The notes under the pieces are model-generated. The model ran no database searches and was not told the DNA's origin. It was given only the letters and a program-made list of their open reading frames with translations. Position numbers and translations under genes: made by a program. A stretch of DNA of 64,000 nucleotides, taken from the IMG/VR virus record IMGVR_UViG_3300025640_001000, one strand, 5' to 3'. This document shows, one piece after another, positions 1 to 10,520 of the stretch (the stretch's first letter is position 1; each line of letters opens with the position of its first letter). The stretch comes from a virus. Lineage: Duplodnaviria; Caudoviricetes.

Positions 1-2
1 AC

Positions 3-911
3 ACAAGTCTTGTTTGGTTTGGAGACGCAACTTCTAAATGCGAACAAATCGATATCTTAAACTTCAGAGATGAAATTACATCAGTTTATTATGTAGAAGA
101 TTCAAATACAAATTTGCTTGCTTCAAAAAAATCATCTCTTGCTACAATTTCAACTAGATACCGATACCTTGACGCAGGTGCTGGTGGTTTAATTTTCGTT
201 TCGGATACCTCATTGGTATTGGATGACGTGGTTAAAAGTTATTTAAACGAAGATGCTGGTAGAATAATTCCAACATACATTGAACGATTTGAAACATCAG
301 GTACCATACCTGGTACATTCGTAATGACATCCGAATTCAAAAACAAAAAACCTGTATATAAAAACACAGATTATCAATGGTATATTTGGTACGATGAATC
401 AGAATCTGTGTGGATTGCGTCTGAAGATGCAGTTTCAAAAGATAAAACATTTTTAAAAGGTGATACTTGTTTGCCAAATTTTCAGAATTATACCAATGAT
501 TCTTTTTCATCTCATCTTATTACTACACAAAATTGGGATTGTCTTGAAGTTGATGAATTAAATGGAGTAGTTGAATCTGCAAATGGAATTTATTGTCAAA
601 CTGCAACATACAATGAACATCCTGCGTATGTAAGTTGCAATGGAGCATGGTACATTTATTTTGATTTAATAACATGGGTATTAACTGATTCACCATATAA
701 TCGTGAAGGTATGTGGTTGATAAATGGAAGTACATCCGTGTATACCAAATTCAATAATGTAGCAGGTGGAAACGGAAGTTCTTCGTTCAACAATCAAACG
801 GCAGTTGTTAAGTCAATGGGTATTCCTGCAGGTGCTTTAATGGTTGAAGATGGTGAAGATATATTGTTCACAGAAAACGATAATACAGCCGTTACAGGTG
901 AAGGTACTTGA
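3..911 (+). CDS. 5'-truncated modular virion-type protein: degenerate WYG module, two small beta-rich repeats and a C-terminal L-x-x-EDG motif
   Basis: The frame is open from base 3 (TSLVWFGDATSKCEQIDILNFRDEITSVYYVED), upstream of the 114 call, and matches the YNLVWYGDC...VFQI N-terminus of 7939. Two repeats of G-x-(F/Y)...N-x-(K/H)P-x-Y...WYI(W/Y)..W; ends GALMVEDGEDILFTE. Confidence 0.7.
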   Translation, partial: TSLVWFGDATSKCEQIDILNFRDEITSVYYVEDSNTNLLASKKSSLATISTRYRYLDAGAGGLIFVSDTSLVLDDVVKSYLNEDAGRIIPTYIERFETSGTIPGTFVMTSEFKNKKPVYKNTDYQWYIWYDESESVWIASEDAVSKDKTFLKGDTCLPNFQNYTNDSFSSHLITTQNWDCLEVDELNGVVESANGIYCQTATYNEHPAYVSCNGAWYIYFDLITWVLTDSPYNREGMWLINGSTSVYTKFNNVAGGNGSSSFNNQTAVVKSMGIPAGALMVEDGEDILFTENDNTAVTGEGT

Positions 912-951
912 TCAGCATTACAATTATTGAGTATATTTTAATATAGCACTG

Positions 952-960
952 ATATTTATA
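952..960 (+). promoter_or_regulatory. putative late-promoter motif ATATTTATA
   Basis: Lies 11 nt upstream of ATG 972; the same motif recurs upstream of about 10 genes in the window. Confidence 0.45.
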
Positions 961-971
961 TATTTAGTGTT

Positions 972-3900
972 ATGAATCTTCCCTCAAAAAATGCTCGTAA
1001 AATGTATATGGCTGCGGCCAGTAAAGGCAAATATCAGTATGTATGTGACTGCTCTTTGTATGAATCGTGGGACGGCTATAAAGACAACCCAGGTGAAATA
1101 AAGTATTCACTTCTTATAGATGATAATCCACTTAATGATGTTTCTCAAGTGGGTGATAGAATACTTGAAACTAGTGTTGAGATATTTGATGATAGTGTTT
1201 TCAACAAAATCGTATTCAATTATTTTGGTCATAGTGAGCAAAAGAAATCATTTATTATAAAATATGTGTGCTTCGTTGATGTAAACGGAAATTGTCTTCC
1301 TGTGGATATCAAGGATATTGTAGGACGAGCATACAGAAACACCAAACGTGACACTTATACATCGTTACCTGTAGGTAATGGAGTTAATTTGTTTTCAACA
1401 GGAGAAGCATCACTTGGAACTCAGTCAACTTTAAATTATGGATGTGAAATTGAAGTAACATTCAAAAATAGATTAAGATACAGAGATGTAAAAAAGATCA
1501 TGTGGCATTATTACACAGATGATCCTGCAGGAACTAAAAAAGTTTCAATTGGTAGCAACTTTAATTTATACAAAGATGGTGATGTTGTTGTGCATGGAGA
1601 TAATGTTTGGTCAGCATATGGAGATATAAATGATCCAGATGACGAACCAGGTACATCAATTCACTGGGAGTTTTTGTGTTCATGTGAACGAGATGAATTT
1701 TATTGTCCTGAATATACACCAACACCCACTCCAACACCAACACCCACTCCATCACCAACTCCATCACCTACACCAACTCCAGAAGAAGTAATATGTTGGT
1801 GTGATGAACATCCACGATGGATTGCTATGGATTATGCTTGGAAATCTGTGGTGTCGCACGAAGGATACATTTATCAAGCAACTGATTATCAAGGAACAGA
1901 GGCTGCTGATGTACCCGGAACTTCAAATCACTGGTTTCAAGTGTGTCGTTGTTTAGAAGAATGTTATCCAACTGAAATATGTGTTAAAATGGAAGAAGCA
2001 ATTGGTTGGAATTTGGGTATTAGTCATACTCCTGATTTATTTCCAACACCAACACCAACACCAACTCCTGCGATTTGTAATCCAGTTTCTCATCAACTTG
2101 GTGGAAGCAAGCAATACTCTCATGCAGGTTCACATGAAAATGCATACGATGGAGATTCACAAACTGCAACGGGTGACTATAAATGTTGGTGGTCAGGTTC
2201 TTCAATCAATTCTACTGCATGGGTAATTTATACATTTGATGAACCATTAACAGGACAAACATTAGAAATTGATATTGATTTGTATATAAGTGGTGGAAAC
2301 GGAAACACGGCAAACTTCTTGGTAGACTACAAATCCACAAAAGAGTCAAATTGGATTCAAATATGGAAAGCAGATGATTATTCTGTGCTAACCAGAAAAC
2401 GCATGACTTGGGATGTTGACTTAACAAACAAAACCGTTTATCAAGTTCGTGTGTGGACTCAAGACACCAAAAACAATGCACCTTCATTCCGAGTATTTGA
2501 TATAGGAGTTAAAAATTGCTTCGTTGAATCGTGTGAACCAAGAGAACTGGATTGTCAGAATTTATCGTTTCATTTACAAAGTAACAGTGAAGATGATAAT
2601 GTGGAATTTACTGACGAAAGTCTTAATAACCTTGAAGTTGATAGAATTGGTAATGCTCATCATTCAAGTGATAAAACTTTATTTGGAAGAACTTCTGTTT
2701 ATTTTCCAGTTGGAACACGAATTGACATACAATCATCTGACGATTTAAAAATTGGTACAGACGAATTTACAATAGATGCGTGGGTTTACATTACAAATAC
2801 CCGAACAGGAACAAATCCACCGAGTTACTCAGACAGAGCAATTGCCGGAACATTCTCTGGTAATGGTGGACGAGGAGCAGGTTCTGCGTGTTTCCTTTTT
2901 CTTGAAAACAAAACAAATAATTTGTGTTTTTGGGATGGTGTAAGTCAAAAAACAGGAAACATGGTGATACAACAAAATGCGTGGACTCATGTTGCAGTAT
3001 CCCGACATTCTGGAGTATTAAGATTGTTTGTTGATGGTCAACAAGCACTCACCGAAAATCATTCGGTAAATTTATCAGGCAACGCAGGATGGTCAATCGG
3101 TGGAGCAAGAACAATCAATCCAACATTAACGAACCGATGGTTTGATGGATATATTCAAGATGTTAGAATCATAAAAGGAACTGGATTATATAGTTGTGAA
3201 TTTGATCGTCCAATTGCATTAAGTTCAATTTGCAGAAATGTTCCAAATCCTGTGATTAAACTACTTGGTGAATCTTTAACAGAAAATAACAATGTATGGA
3301 ACAATTCAGCATCCACTTCGTATCATGCTAACATCAAAGGATCACATCAAAAGATTTTTACGAATTGTGGAGGAGTTCAATTTGCAAATACAGGTGGTTT
3401 CATTGAAATGAGCAATTACGGAGCAAATCCTCAGACATTAACATTTGAAACAACATTTGCAATCGAATCAACAAAAAATGTAACACAAGGTTCAAGTACT
3501 GCTGATCGTCAGTATATTGTATTTCAACAAAATTCAAGAACCACATCGTTTGAAGGATTTTCACTTCAATATTATGAGTCATCTGAAAGTTTGACATTAG
3601 TTGCAACGAATCCTCATACACGTGAGCAACATCTTGTTCGTACACCCGAAGGTTTAATTACTGTTGGATCATTGGTTCATGTGGTGTGTGTACTTGAAAT
3701 TGACAAAATGCACATTTATGTAGACGGCCGCATGGAAGCAACTGGAAGAAAGTGGTCAGGTGGTATTGATTATAGTTCAACTCACAAACTTACCCTTGCA
3801 AGAGCAAATCCAAGAGGAACGGTATACGATGGTTATATGAATGGAACTATATACGAATTTTCATTGTTTGAAACCGCATTAACTGATGTAGAAGCAGCTG

Positions 3901-4850
3901 CTTTGTATAATGCAAGCATTGCACGATTAGGCAATTGCTCAGGAGTTGGAACTGGACCAAGTGGATCATCTATTCAACTTGCAAATCAGTGGAAATCAAA
4001 AAGTGGAAACAATCACACAATCTTTTCACTTTTGGGAACTACACAAAAAACATTTCCTCAATACAGACAATGGAATTCAGAAATAACAAAACAAAATTAT
4101 CGTGTGTTGACTGTAGATGATTTTACTGAAGATTTGGTTAATATCAATGGAAGACGAGCATTGCAATTTGTAGCTGGTGGAGTATCTTCTGGACCCACAA
4201 TGGCACGACAAATTAACTATAATAGAAACATTAGCAGTTCACCTTACGATATCTTTATTGTATTGAATCCAGGAAGTGGAGGTCACATTTTAGATGGAAG
4301 TCTTGACGAATATAATTTAAGTTTTATACGAGTAAACGGAGGTAAATTCGAAATGAGACACGGATCAGGTGGAACACGCACATGGGTACCTGATCCTCTT
4401 GTACAATTAACATCCAAAACTTCTTTTCTGGGTAAGGCTGAACCGTGTATGGTATGGTTTAGATTCGATGCTTCCGATGCCAATAAATCATTTATTCGTA
4501 TAAATGGAAAAGAAGACGTTCGTGGAACAATGAAATCACGATATTCATTTGAACTAGGAGGAATGGGTAGACTCACAGATTTTTCACTAGGACGAAACAA
4601 ATCAGGTAGTTCAGGTTTCACGGGTGTGATCGGTGAAATTATTACTACAAGTTCCGGTAGCACAACAATTGAAGGATATTTAGCACACAAGTGGGGTTTA
4701 CAAGACAAACTTCCAACTGATCACCCACACAAAACTTGCGTAAAAACAAACGCAGATTCAGATGCCGACTGTTGGGAGCAAATTGGACCATTTTCTACCG
4801 AATTGTGGTATGATGCTTCTTGGTCTGATGCATTTACATACGAACAATGA
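972..4850 (+). CDS. modular adhesin-like protein: 2x CBM5/12-like, PT linkers, discoidin/F5-8C-like, 2x LamG (ConA-like) and a permuted LamG-like domain
   Basis: CBM-like: GDVVVHGDNVWSA..EPGTSIHW and VVSHEGYIYQA..VPGTSNHW. Discoidin-like: ENAYDGD..WVIYTF. LamG: FTIDAWVY..WTHVAVSR..LFVDG..FDGYIQDVRI. Also EGYLAHKWGL..LPTDHP. Confidence 0.8.
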   Translation: MNLPSKNARKMYMAAASKGKYQYVCDCSLYESWDGYKDNPGEIKYSLLIDDNPLNDVSQVGDRILETSVEIFDDSVFNKIVFNYFGHSEQKKSFIIKYVCFVDVNGNCLPVDIKDIVGRAYRNTKRDTYTSLPVGNGVNLFSTGEASLGTQSTLNYGCEIEVTFKNRLRYRDVKKIMWHYYTDDPAGTKKVSIGSNFNLYKDGDVVVHGDNVWSAYGDINDPDDEPGTSIHWEFLCSCERDEFYCPEYTPTPTPTPTPTPSPTPSPTPTPEEVICWCDEHPRWIAMDYAWKSVVSHEGYIYQATDYQGTEAADVPGTSNHWFQVCRCLEECYPTEICVKMEEAIGWNLGISHTPDLFPTPTPTPTPAICNPVSHQLGGSKQYSHAGSHENAYDGDSQTATGDYKCWWSGSSINSTAWVIYTFDEPLTGQTLEIDIDLYISGGNGNTANFLVDYKSTKESNWIQIWKADDYSVLTRKRMTWDVDLTNKTVYQVRVWTQDTKNNAPSFRVFDIGVKNCFVESCEPRELDCQNLSFHLQSNSEDDNVEFTDESLNNLEVDRIGNAHHSSDKTLFGRTSVYFPVGTRIDIQSSDDLKIGTDEFTIDAWVYITNTRTGTNPPSYSDRAIAGTFSGNGGRGAGSACFLFLENKTNNLCFWDGVSQKTGNMVIQQNAWTHVAVSRHSGVLRLFVDGQQALTENHSVNLSGNAGWSIGGARTINPTLTNRWFDGYIQDVRIIKGTGLYSCEFDRPIALSSICRNVPNPVIKLLGESLTENNNVWNNSASTSYHANIKGSHQKIFTNCGGVQFANTGGFIEMSNYGANPQTLTFETTFAIESTKNVTQGSSTADRQYIVFQQNSRTTSFEGFSLQYYESSESLTLVATNPHTREQHLVRTPEGLITVGSLVHVVCVLEIDKMHIYVDGRMEATGRKWSGGIDYSSTHKLTLARANPRGTVYDGYMNGTIYEFSLFETALTDVEAAALYNASIARLGNCSGVGTGPSGSSIQLANQWKSKSGNNHTIFSLLGTTQKTFPQYRQWNSEITKQNYRVLTVDDFTEDLVNINGRRALQFVAGGVSSGPTMARQINYNRNISSSPYDIFIVLNPGSGGHILDGSLDEYNLSFIRVNGGKFEMRHGSGGTRTWVPDPLVQLTSKTSFLGKAEPCMVWFRFDASDANKSFIRINGKEDVRGTMKSRYSFELGGMGRLTDFSLGRNKSGSSGFTGVIGEIITTSSGSTTIEGYLAHKWGLQDKLPTDHPHKTCVKTNADSDADCWEQIGPFSTELWYDASWSDAFTYEQ
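1716..1781 (+). repeat. Pro/Thr(Ser) dipeptide linker
   Basis: [22 protein letters not shown] encoded by degenerate ACN-CCN hexamers. Confidence 0.9.
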
Positions 4851-4908
4851 AAACAATAAATAATACTTTTTTTAATATCAACAACTCAATTCCACATTTG
4901 ATTTGTAA

Positions 4909-4917
4909 ATACTTATA
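4909..4917 (+). promoter_or_regulatory. putative late-promoter motif ATACTTATA
   Basis: Variant of the recurring motif in the 4851-4952 intergenic region; identical to the copy at 42927. Confidence 0.4.
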
Positions 4918-4952
4918 TGAAAAAAATGAAATAAATTTAGGTAATAAATAAC

Positions 4953-7937
4953 ATGGCAGATAATTGTTTAGGCACCAGTGCAGATTTGGAATTTACTCGT
5001 AACAACGGACTACCGAGGTTTAGAGGAAAGGACCGTTATATAAATGCCGTTAGATTTGTTTATGCTGGTAATGCAACTTCACCCAAACATTTTAAAACAA
5101 AATTCTTTGCAATGTATCGTGGAGAATCAGAAGTTTCGTTGAGAAATTATGTTCTTATTGATCCACTTGCATCCGAGCAACAACATTCGTATTGCACAGG
5201 TTGGAAAATTAATAATGGTTCTCATGGACTAAGTGGAGAATCAGATTCTATATTTGAAGAAAACGAAGATTCATGGGGAATACCTGGAACAGGATGTGGA
5301 GGATATTTTACATTGTTTTTTAAAGACCCAATTGATATGTCAGGTATCACCAAAATGAAATGGAGATACGAAACAGGAGACGAATGTGGTTCACGGGCAG
5401 TTACATTCAGAAGTGTAGATGTTGGTACAAGTATAAGTGGAACATATGTTCTTGCTGATCCTGAAAACAATTGGAAAAAACTTGCTGGTATTCAAGACGC
5501 ATCCAACTATAAAAATGTTGGTTATATTCAAAAGTTTGGTGAAAACAGAATATGTCAAAATCAAGCAAAAAAAGGAAACAGACGACCAGTTACTTCTAAA
5601 ATGCCTTTGTCAACTTTCAACTTTGCAGATGATGAATCTGAACCTGTGATGGTTTCATTGTCAACTGACATGGAAATGCCAGGATGTTGCACAGATTATG
5701 ACAATTCAATTATGACATTTGGTGACGGAATTGATCGTCATTCAGTTGGTGGAGTAAGTGTTCAGTATTTTGAAGAAGGTGGTAGATTGTGCTTTGATGA
5801 TATTACAATGGATGGATTAAGTAATCCATATGGTGTAAAACTAGAAATAGACGGAGAAACCGTATATGGAAAAATCAAAGCAACTGGTCAATTTAAAAAT
5901 AACGAAGTTGTGTATGTTTCTCCAAACGGAAATTATTATAGTGGAAAATTGATAAGCAAAACTGGATTTGATAACACATTACAGTTGGTAGGAACTTGTG
6001 TATCAGAAACTCCTGTGATTGAAGTTGGTGATCCACGACCTGTAATAAAATTACCTTCCACTAATTTAGATTTTATCAACAAAACATGGAACGATGCAAG
6101 TTTGCCTGCAATAAACGGAAGCATTGGAGGTAATGTTAGATTTCAAGATAGTAGATGTGGAGCAGGTGCTCGTTTTCGTGGAGATGGAGGTTATATAACA
6201 TTTCCAACCTACAATACACAACCACAAACATTAACACTTGATATGATGTTTGAAGTAAATGGTCAAACTGAATATTATGACGAACGCAATTTGATAAAAT
6301 ATGAAAATATTGATTTTGCTCAATCTGGAATTTACAACAAACAAGAAAAATGGAATGGATTTTCACCCGACAAAGATCAATGGAACAAGTTGTTAAAATC
6401 CGAAGAAAATGAACATTTAACTGATGACGATGAATTTGTTTATAATTCAAATGTAGATGTAAACGATTATCCAACTATGCAAGTGGTGGGCAATGCAACC
6501 ACTACTGATCCTGGTGGGGATTATCGTGGATTTGATTATCAGATAGTAGTTTCATTTAAAGAACCCATTTCTATAAAGAAAGGTTCTCGTCTTCATTTCA
6601 ACTTTTTACCACGAAATGTATTTTGGGGTTACAATCAAGGTGGTGCCCGTAACGCCGAGACCAACAAAATTAATATGTATGCCACGACTCTTCCTAAATT
6701 AGAATCATTGGCAACTAAACAAAATGAATGGTCTGGTTGTTCTTGTTGTCCTTATACAAGTTTTATATTCAATGAAAAATTAGGATATGCAGAAGCAACT
6801 GAAGATATAAATGATATTACGCACATTTCATCTGGACCTGTAACAATTTATGAAGGTTGTAACGGACGATACACATGGACTGCGGGTTTACAAGCACTTT
6901 CAATTATTCCTCCTGCAAAACAGAACTCTCAATATCTTGCATTTCAACAAAATACAACTATTGCACATCCCACAGGATATTATTTGGCATACAATCCAAC
7001 ATCAATTGGAGGTGGATCATTAGAAATGGGTGTTCAGTATCCAAATGGTTCTAAATTTAAATGTGAAACACTGGATGATTCTGTTATACTCAATGAAAGA
7101 ACTCATGTTCATGCGGTGTTTGGAGAAACTGATATGCAACTTTTTATAAACGGAGACTTGATGGTTGAAACTGAAAAGTCACGTGGAATTGATTATCATC
7201 CATCTCATAAATTGCATTTAGGAAGAGCAAGAGCAATCGGAACATCTTCTGATAGATTTTTAAATGGAACGATATATGAATTTGATTTTTATGAAACAGC
7301 ATTAGAATCTGCTTACATTTACAGATTGTTTATAAACAAAAAATGCGCTCCACCAAATCCGACACCAACTCCCACTCCAACTCCCACTCCAACACATACA
7401 CCCACACCAACTCCAATTATTGAAACTGAGTGTGTGGATCATAATGATGACAGAACATGGAGTTTATTGAATTCTAACTTTACCGCATACGGAAGCAATT
7501 GTATAACCGAGTCTGTGTGGGAAAATTCTGCAAGTAATGCTTGGAAAATAAATATATTATCTGATGATTGTGGAGAAATAATGTGTTGTACAGATGATAT
7601 GAATAGTTACGATGTGGGACCTGAAATTAATACAATCGTTGACGGAGAAAATCAAATTACGGTTGGTAAGCAACTTTATGAAGGTATGTTGTGTGTTGAC
7701 TCAGGACGTGGTGATATTGAACAACTTGTTATCAATGAAGTTACATTGTTTGTGTCAGACGCAAAACCAATTGGAACTATTATCTTCACCGGCCATGTAA
7801 ATAGTGATCCAACTCTATATTTATCAATAATGGACTCGGCGTACGCAGAAGATAATGGATATCCAAACTATAACGGAATGTGCTTGAAAGGTACAATTTC
7901 AAACGGTGAATGTAGATTAAAGGAGTTTAACGGATAA
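4953..7937 (+). CDS. modular protein: N-terminal beta module, CC module, LamG split by a CxCCP module, PT linker, C-terminal CC module
   Basis: [35 protein letters not shown]. The LamG halves align with the uninterrupted LamG in 972. Also GCSCCPY; ends MCLKGTISNGECRL. Confidence 0.8.
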   Translation: MADNCLGTSADLEFTRNNGLPRFRGKDRYINAVRFVYAGNATSPKHFKTKFFAMYRGESEVSLRNYVLIDPLASEQQHSYCTGWKINNGSHGLSGESDSIFEENEDSWGIPGTGCGGYFTLFFKDPIDMSGITKMKWRYETGDECGSRAVTFRSVDVGTSISGTYVLADPENNWKKLAGIQDASNYKNVGYIQKFGENRICQNQAKKGNRRPVTSKMPLSTFNFADDESEPVMVSLSTDMEMPGCCTDYDNSIMTFGDGIDRHSVGGVSVQYFEEGGRLCFDDITMDGLSNPYGVKLEIDGETVYGKIKATGQFKNNEVVYVSPNGNYYSGKLISKTGFDNTLQLVGTCVSETPVIEVGDPRPVIKLPSTNLDFINKTWNDASLPAINGSIGGNVRFQDSRCGAGARFRGDGGYITFPTYNTQPQTLTLDMMFEVNGQTEYYDERNLIKYENIDFAQSGIYNKQEKWNGFSPDKDQWNKLLKSEENEHLTDDDEFVYNSNVDVNDYPTMQVVGNATTTDPGGDYRGFDYQIVVSFKEPISIKKGSRLHFNFLPRNVFWGYNQGGARNAETNKINMYATTLPKLESLATKQNEWSGCSCCPYTSFIFNEKLGYAEATEDINDITHISSGPVTIYEGCNGRYTWTAGLQALSIIPPAKQNSQYLAFQQNTTIAHPTGYYLAYNPTSIGGGSLEMGVQYPNGSKFKCETLDDSVILNERTHVHAVFGETDMQLFINGDLMVETEKSRGIDYHPSHKLHLGRARAIGTSSDRFLNGTIYEFDFYETALESAYIYRLFINKKCAPPNPTPTPTPTPTPTHTPTPTPIIETECVDHNDDRTWSLLNSNFTAYGSNCITESVWENSASNAWKINILSDDCGEIMCCTDDMNSYDVGPEINTIVDGENQITVGKQLYEGMLCVDSGRGDIEQLVINEVTLFVSDAKPIGTIIFTGHVNSDPTLYLSIMDSAYAEDNGYPNYNGMCLKGTISNGECRLKEFNG

Positions 7938-7938
7938 A

Positions 7939-10509
7939 ATGGGAAAGTTAGATAAAGTATATAATTTGGTATGGTACGGAGATTGTGATGATCCAGATTG
8001 TCAGCCCGTAGATTTGTCTTTGTATAAAGACGACCTTGAGTTTGTATTTCAGATTTCTGATGTTAACTCGGGGTGGAAACATTGGTCATCAGCAACAGAT
8101 GCAATCAATCTCGGAGATTTTGCGGATTTGATATGTGGTGTGCCTTATATCATAAAGTTGACATCAGATGATAAAGTAAAACCAAATAAAGTAGTTGAAA
8201 TTCCTGGAGTTACTGTTGGTAGATTTGCAGATGATCCAACTGATGCTACTAGTAAACGAATAAGTGACAATTGTGTACCTGCAAAGTTTTGTACATTTGT
8301 GGTTGATAATGTTTTAACAAGCACATTTGATTTAACCATTTATATGTCTACGATAGATTCATATAGAACCAATAATTATATTCGTGGTTTTGAATTGTTT
8401 TTTGATAATGTTAAACTGAAACCCACAGGTACAATTTCGCATACTTTTCAAGAACGAGTTGCAACCGCAGTTAAAAATGATGACAATGAAGAAGAAGAAC
8501 TTTTTCGTGAACTTATCAAACGAACAAGTTCATTGGTTTCGTTTGATGAAGAAGGTGATACAACTTACAACAAATGGGGTTTTTCAGATTTAAGAAAGTT
8601 TAGTACAGGCATTTCGTTGAGCAACGAATTTCAGTCATCGTATAAATTTACCATTCCGTTTGATTCTATTGACGGTGAATTGAAAGTTAATAGTGCTAAC
8701 ATTTACGATACAACGGTTGGTCGTTACAAATTTGATTATGTATTGTGTGATGGTTACAAACCACCCACAAATCCAACCCCAACTCCAACTCAAACTCCAA
8801 CTCCAACAAGTGAGTGCATAAAACCAGACGATGAATATTGTGAAGAATTGGTATTTCATTTGCAAAGTAAAAATGAAACAGATGGTTCTGATGTGGTGAT
8901 TGATGCAAGTCTTAAAAATCATCCACTTGAATTTCCAAATGGAAGAATCAAGCATTCATCTGCCAGAAGAAAATTTGGGGAAAGCAGTTTTGATTTCACA
9001 GGAAACGAAGTTATCAAACTTCCTCAGTCAGAAGATTGGAGATTTCTTCAAGGACAATTTACGATTGATGCGTGGGTTTATGTAGATTCATTTGATGCTT
9101 CTAGTAACTTTACACGTGACAAAGCAATTTTTGCAAGTTTGGCAACTCAACAAATTATGTTTGGAATTGACAATAAAAGTGGAAAACTGATTATGTGGGA
9201 CGGACTTTTGCAAAAAAGTTCAGACGAAGCAGTTGTTGCACGAAAGTGGACTCATGTTGGTGTAACTCGTGACGGATCAATTCTTAGAATGTATATTGAT
9301 GCCAAGAAAGTATTTGAAGACAGAGAATATTCATCAAATTTTTACGAATCAAATAGTTTCAGTATAGGTGGAGCAATAGACTTTGATTCAGGAGATTCAA
9401 ATTACACAAGATTGTTTAATGGTTACATTAACGATCTTCGTGTTGTTAAAGGTGTCGCATTGTATACATCAGATAGATTTTGTGAATACGAAGACTTCCA
9501 TGAAGATTGTGAACATCCTCCGTCACCAACTCCAACTAAAACTGATGTTCCACCAGAATGTAATCCAGAACATTATACTTGCGAAACGAAAATTGAACCA
9601 AGCAATTTGTTTGATAACTTCACTAATTTCTATGGATTAACAGGAGTAAATTCTTCAGGAACGTATGCCGTAACCAACGAAGGATCAATTAAAAGTAATC
9701 TTGACAACACATTGACAATAGAAACGGTTGAACCTACGAGTGGTGATGCAAACATGGTTGCAGTATTTTCCGATGGAAATTATCAAATGACATCATTCTT
9801 TAAGCATTTTTGTTTGAGCATATTTGATTTGTCTTATTCTTCAACACAAGAAGTAACAAGTCATTTGGCACTTTATCAAACTGATACAATTTACACAATG
9901 GAAATTGCAACCGGTAACTCGTTTAATGATCCAACTATTCAACGAGGACCAGTGGTTGCTGAGTCGTTTGTTCGTAGAGTAGGAATGGGACCAGAGTATC
10001 CAATTTTATCAACAGGAAATCGTTTTAGAGTCGGATTGGCATTTTCAAGAACAGGAGTTCCTGTTGCATCTGAAATCGTTTTACAAAATGGTTTTGATAT
10101 TTGTTTGAGCAGAAATATGCTTTTTGTTCCTGATGACGAAACAACACCAACTCCAACACCTACGGTAACACCAGAAGAACCATTGAATTGTTGTATGGGA
10201 TTTGATTATCAGAATATTGAGGTTACTGCTGAAATGGCAGCTAGCACAAAGGCAGATGGACCTCCTGGAATTTCAATAAATGGATTTGAAGAAGGGGGTA
10301 TTGTGTGTATGAATGAACTTACCGAAACGGTGCAGACATTATCTTGTCCAGTTTCAACGGCCGACTTCACACTGTCCGGTATGATAACACTAGGTCAGAC
10401 ATCACCTGACAATAAACTAAGATATACATCTGTCGCAGGTGATTGTTATGAAGCAGATTTGGAACATAATCCAAGTGCTGGTTTTGTTTTATTAAATCCA
10501 ATAACATAA
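7939..10509 (+). CDS. modular protein: WYG module, cohesin-like domain, PT, LamG, beta domain, PT, CC module
   Basis: LVWYGDC..LICGVPYIIKL; YIRGFELFFDNVKL; FTIDAWVY..WTHVGVTRDG..FNGYINDLRVVKG; NCCMGFD..GFEEGGIVC. Confidence 0.8.
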   Translation: MGKLDKVYNLVWYGDCDDPDCQPVDLSLYKDDLEFVFQISDVNSGWKHWSSATDAINLGDFADLICGVPYIIKLTSDDKVKPNKVVEIPGVTVGRFADDPTDATSKRISDNCVPAKFCTFVVDNVLTSTFDLTIYMSTIDSYRTNNYIRGFELFFDNVKLKPTGTISHTFQERVATAVKNDDNEEEELFRELIKRTSSLVSFDEEGDTTYNKWGFSDLRKFSTGISLSNEFQSSYKFTIPFDSIDGELKVNSANIYDTTVGRYKFDYVLCDGYKPPTNPTPTPTQTPTPTSECIKPDDEYCEELVFHLQSKNETDGSDVVIDASLKNHPLEFPNGRIKHSSARRKFGESSFDFTGNEVIKLPQSEDWRFLQGQFTIDAWVYVDSFDASSNFTRDKAIFASLATQQIMFGIDNKSGKLIMWDGLLQKSSDEAVVARKWTHVGVTRDGSILRMYIDAKKVFEDREYSSNFYESNSFSIGGAIDFDSGDSNYTRLFNGYINDLRVVKGVALYTSDRFCEYEDFHEDCEHPPSPTPTKTDVPPECNPEHYTCETKIEPSNLFDNFTNFYGLTGVNSSGTYAVTNEGSIKSNLDNTLTIETVEPTSGDANMVAVFSDGNYQMTSFFKHFCLSIFDLSYSSTQEVTSHLALYQTDTIYTMEIATGNSFNDPTIQRGPVVAESFVRRVGMGPEYPILSTGNRFRVGLAFSRTGVPVASEIVLQNGFDICLSRNMLFVPDDETTPTPTPTVTPEEPLNCCMGFDYQNIEVTAEMAASTKADGPPGISINGFEEGGIVCMNELTETVQTLSCPVSTADFTLSGMITLGQTSPDNKLRYTSVAGDCYEADLEHNPSAGFVLLNPIT

Positions 10510-10520
10510 AATGAAACAAA

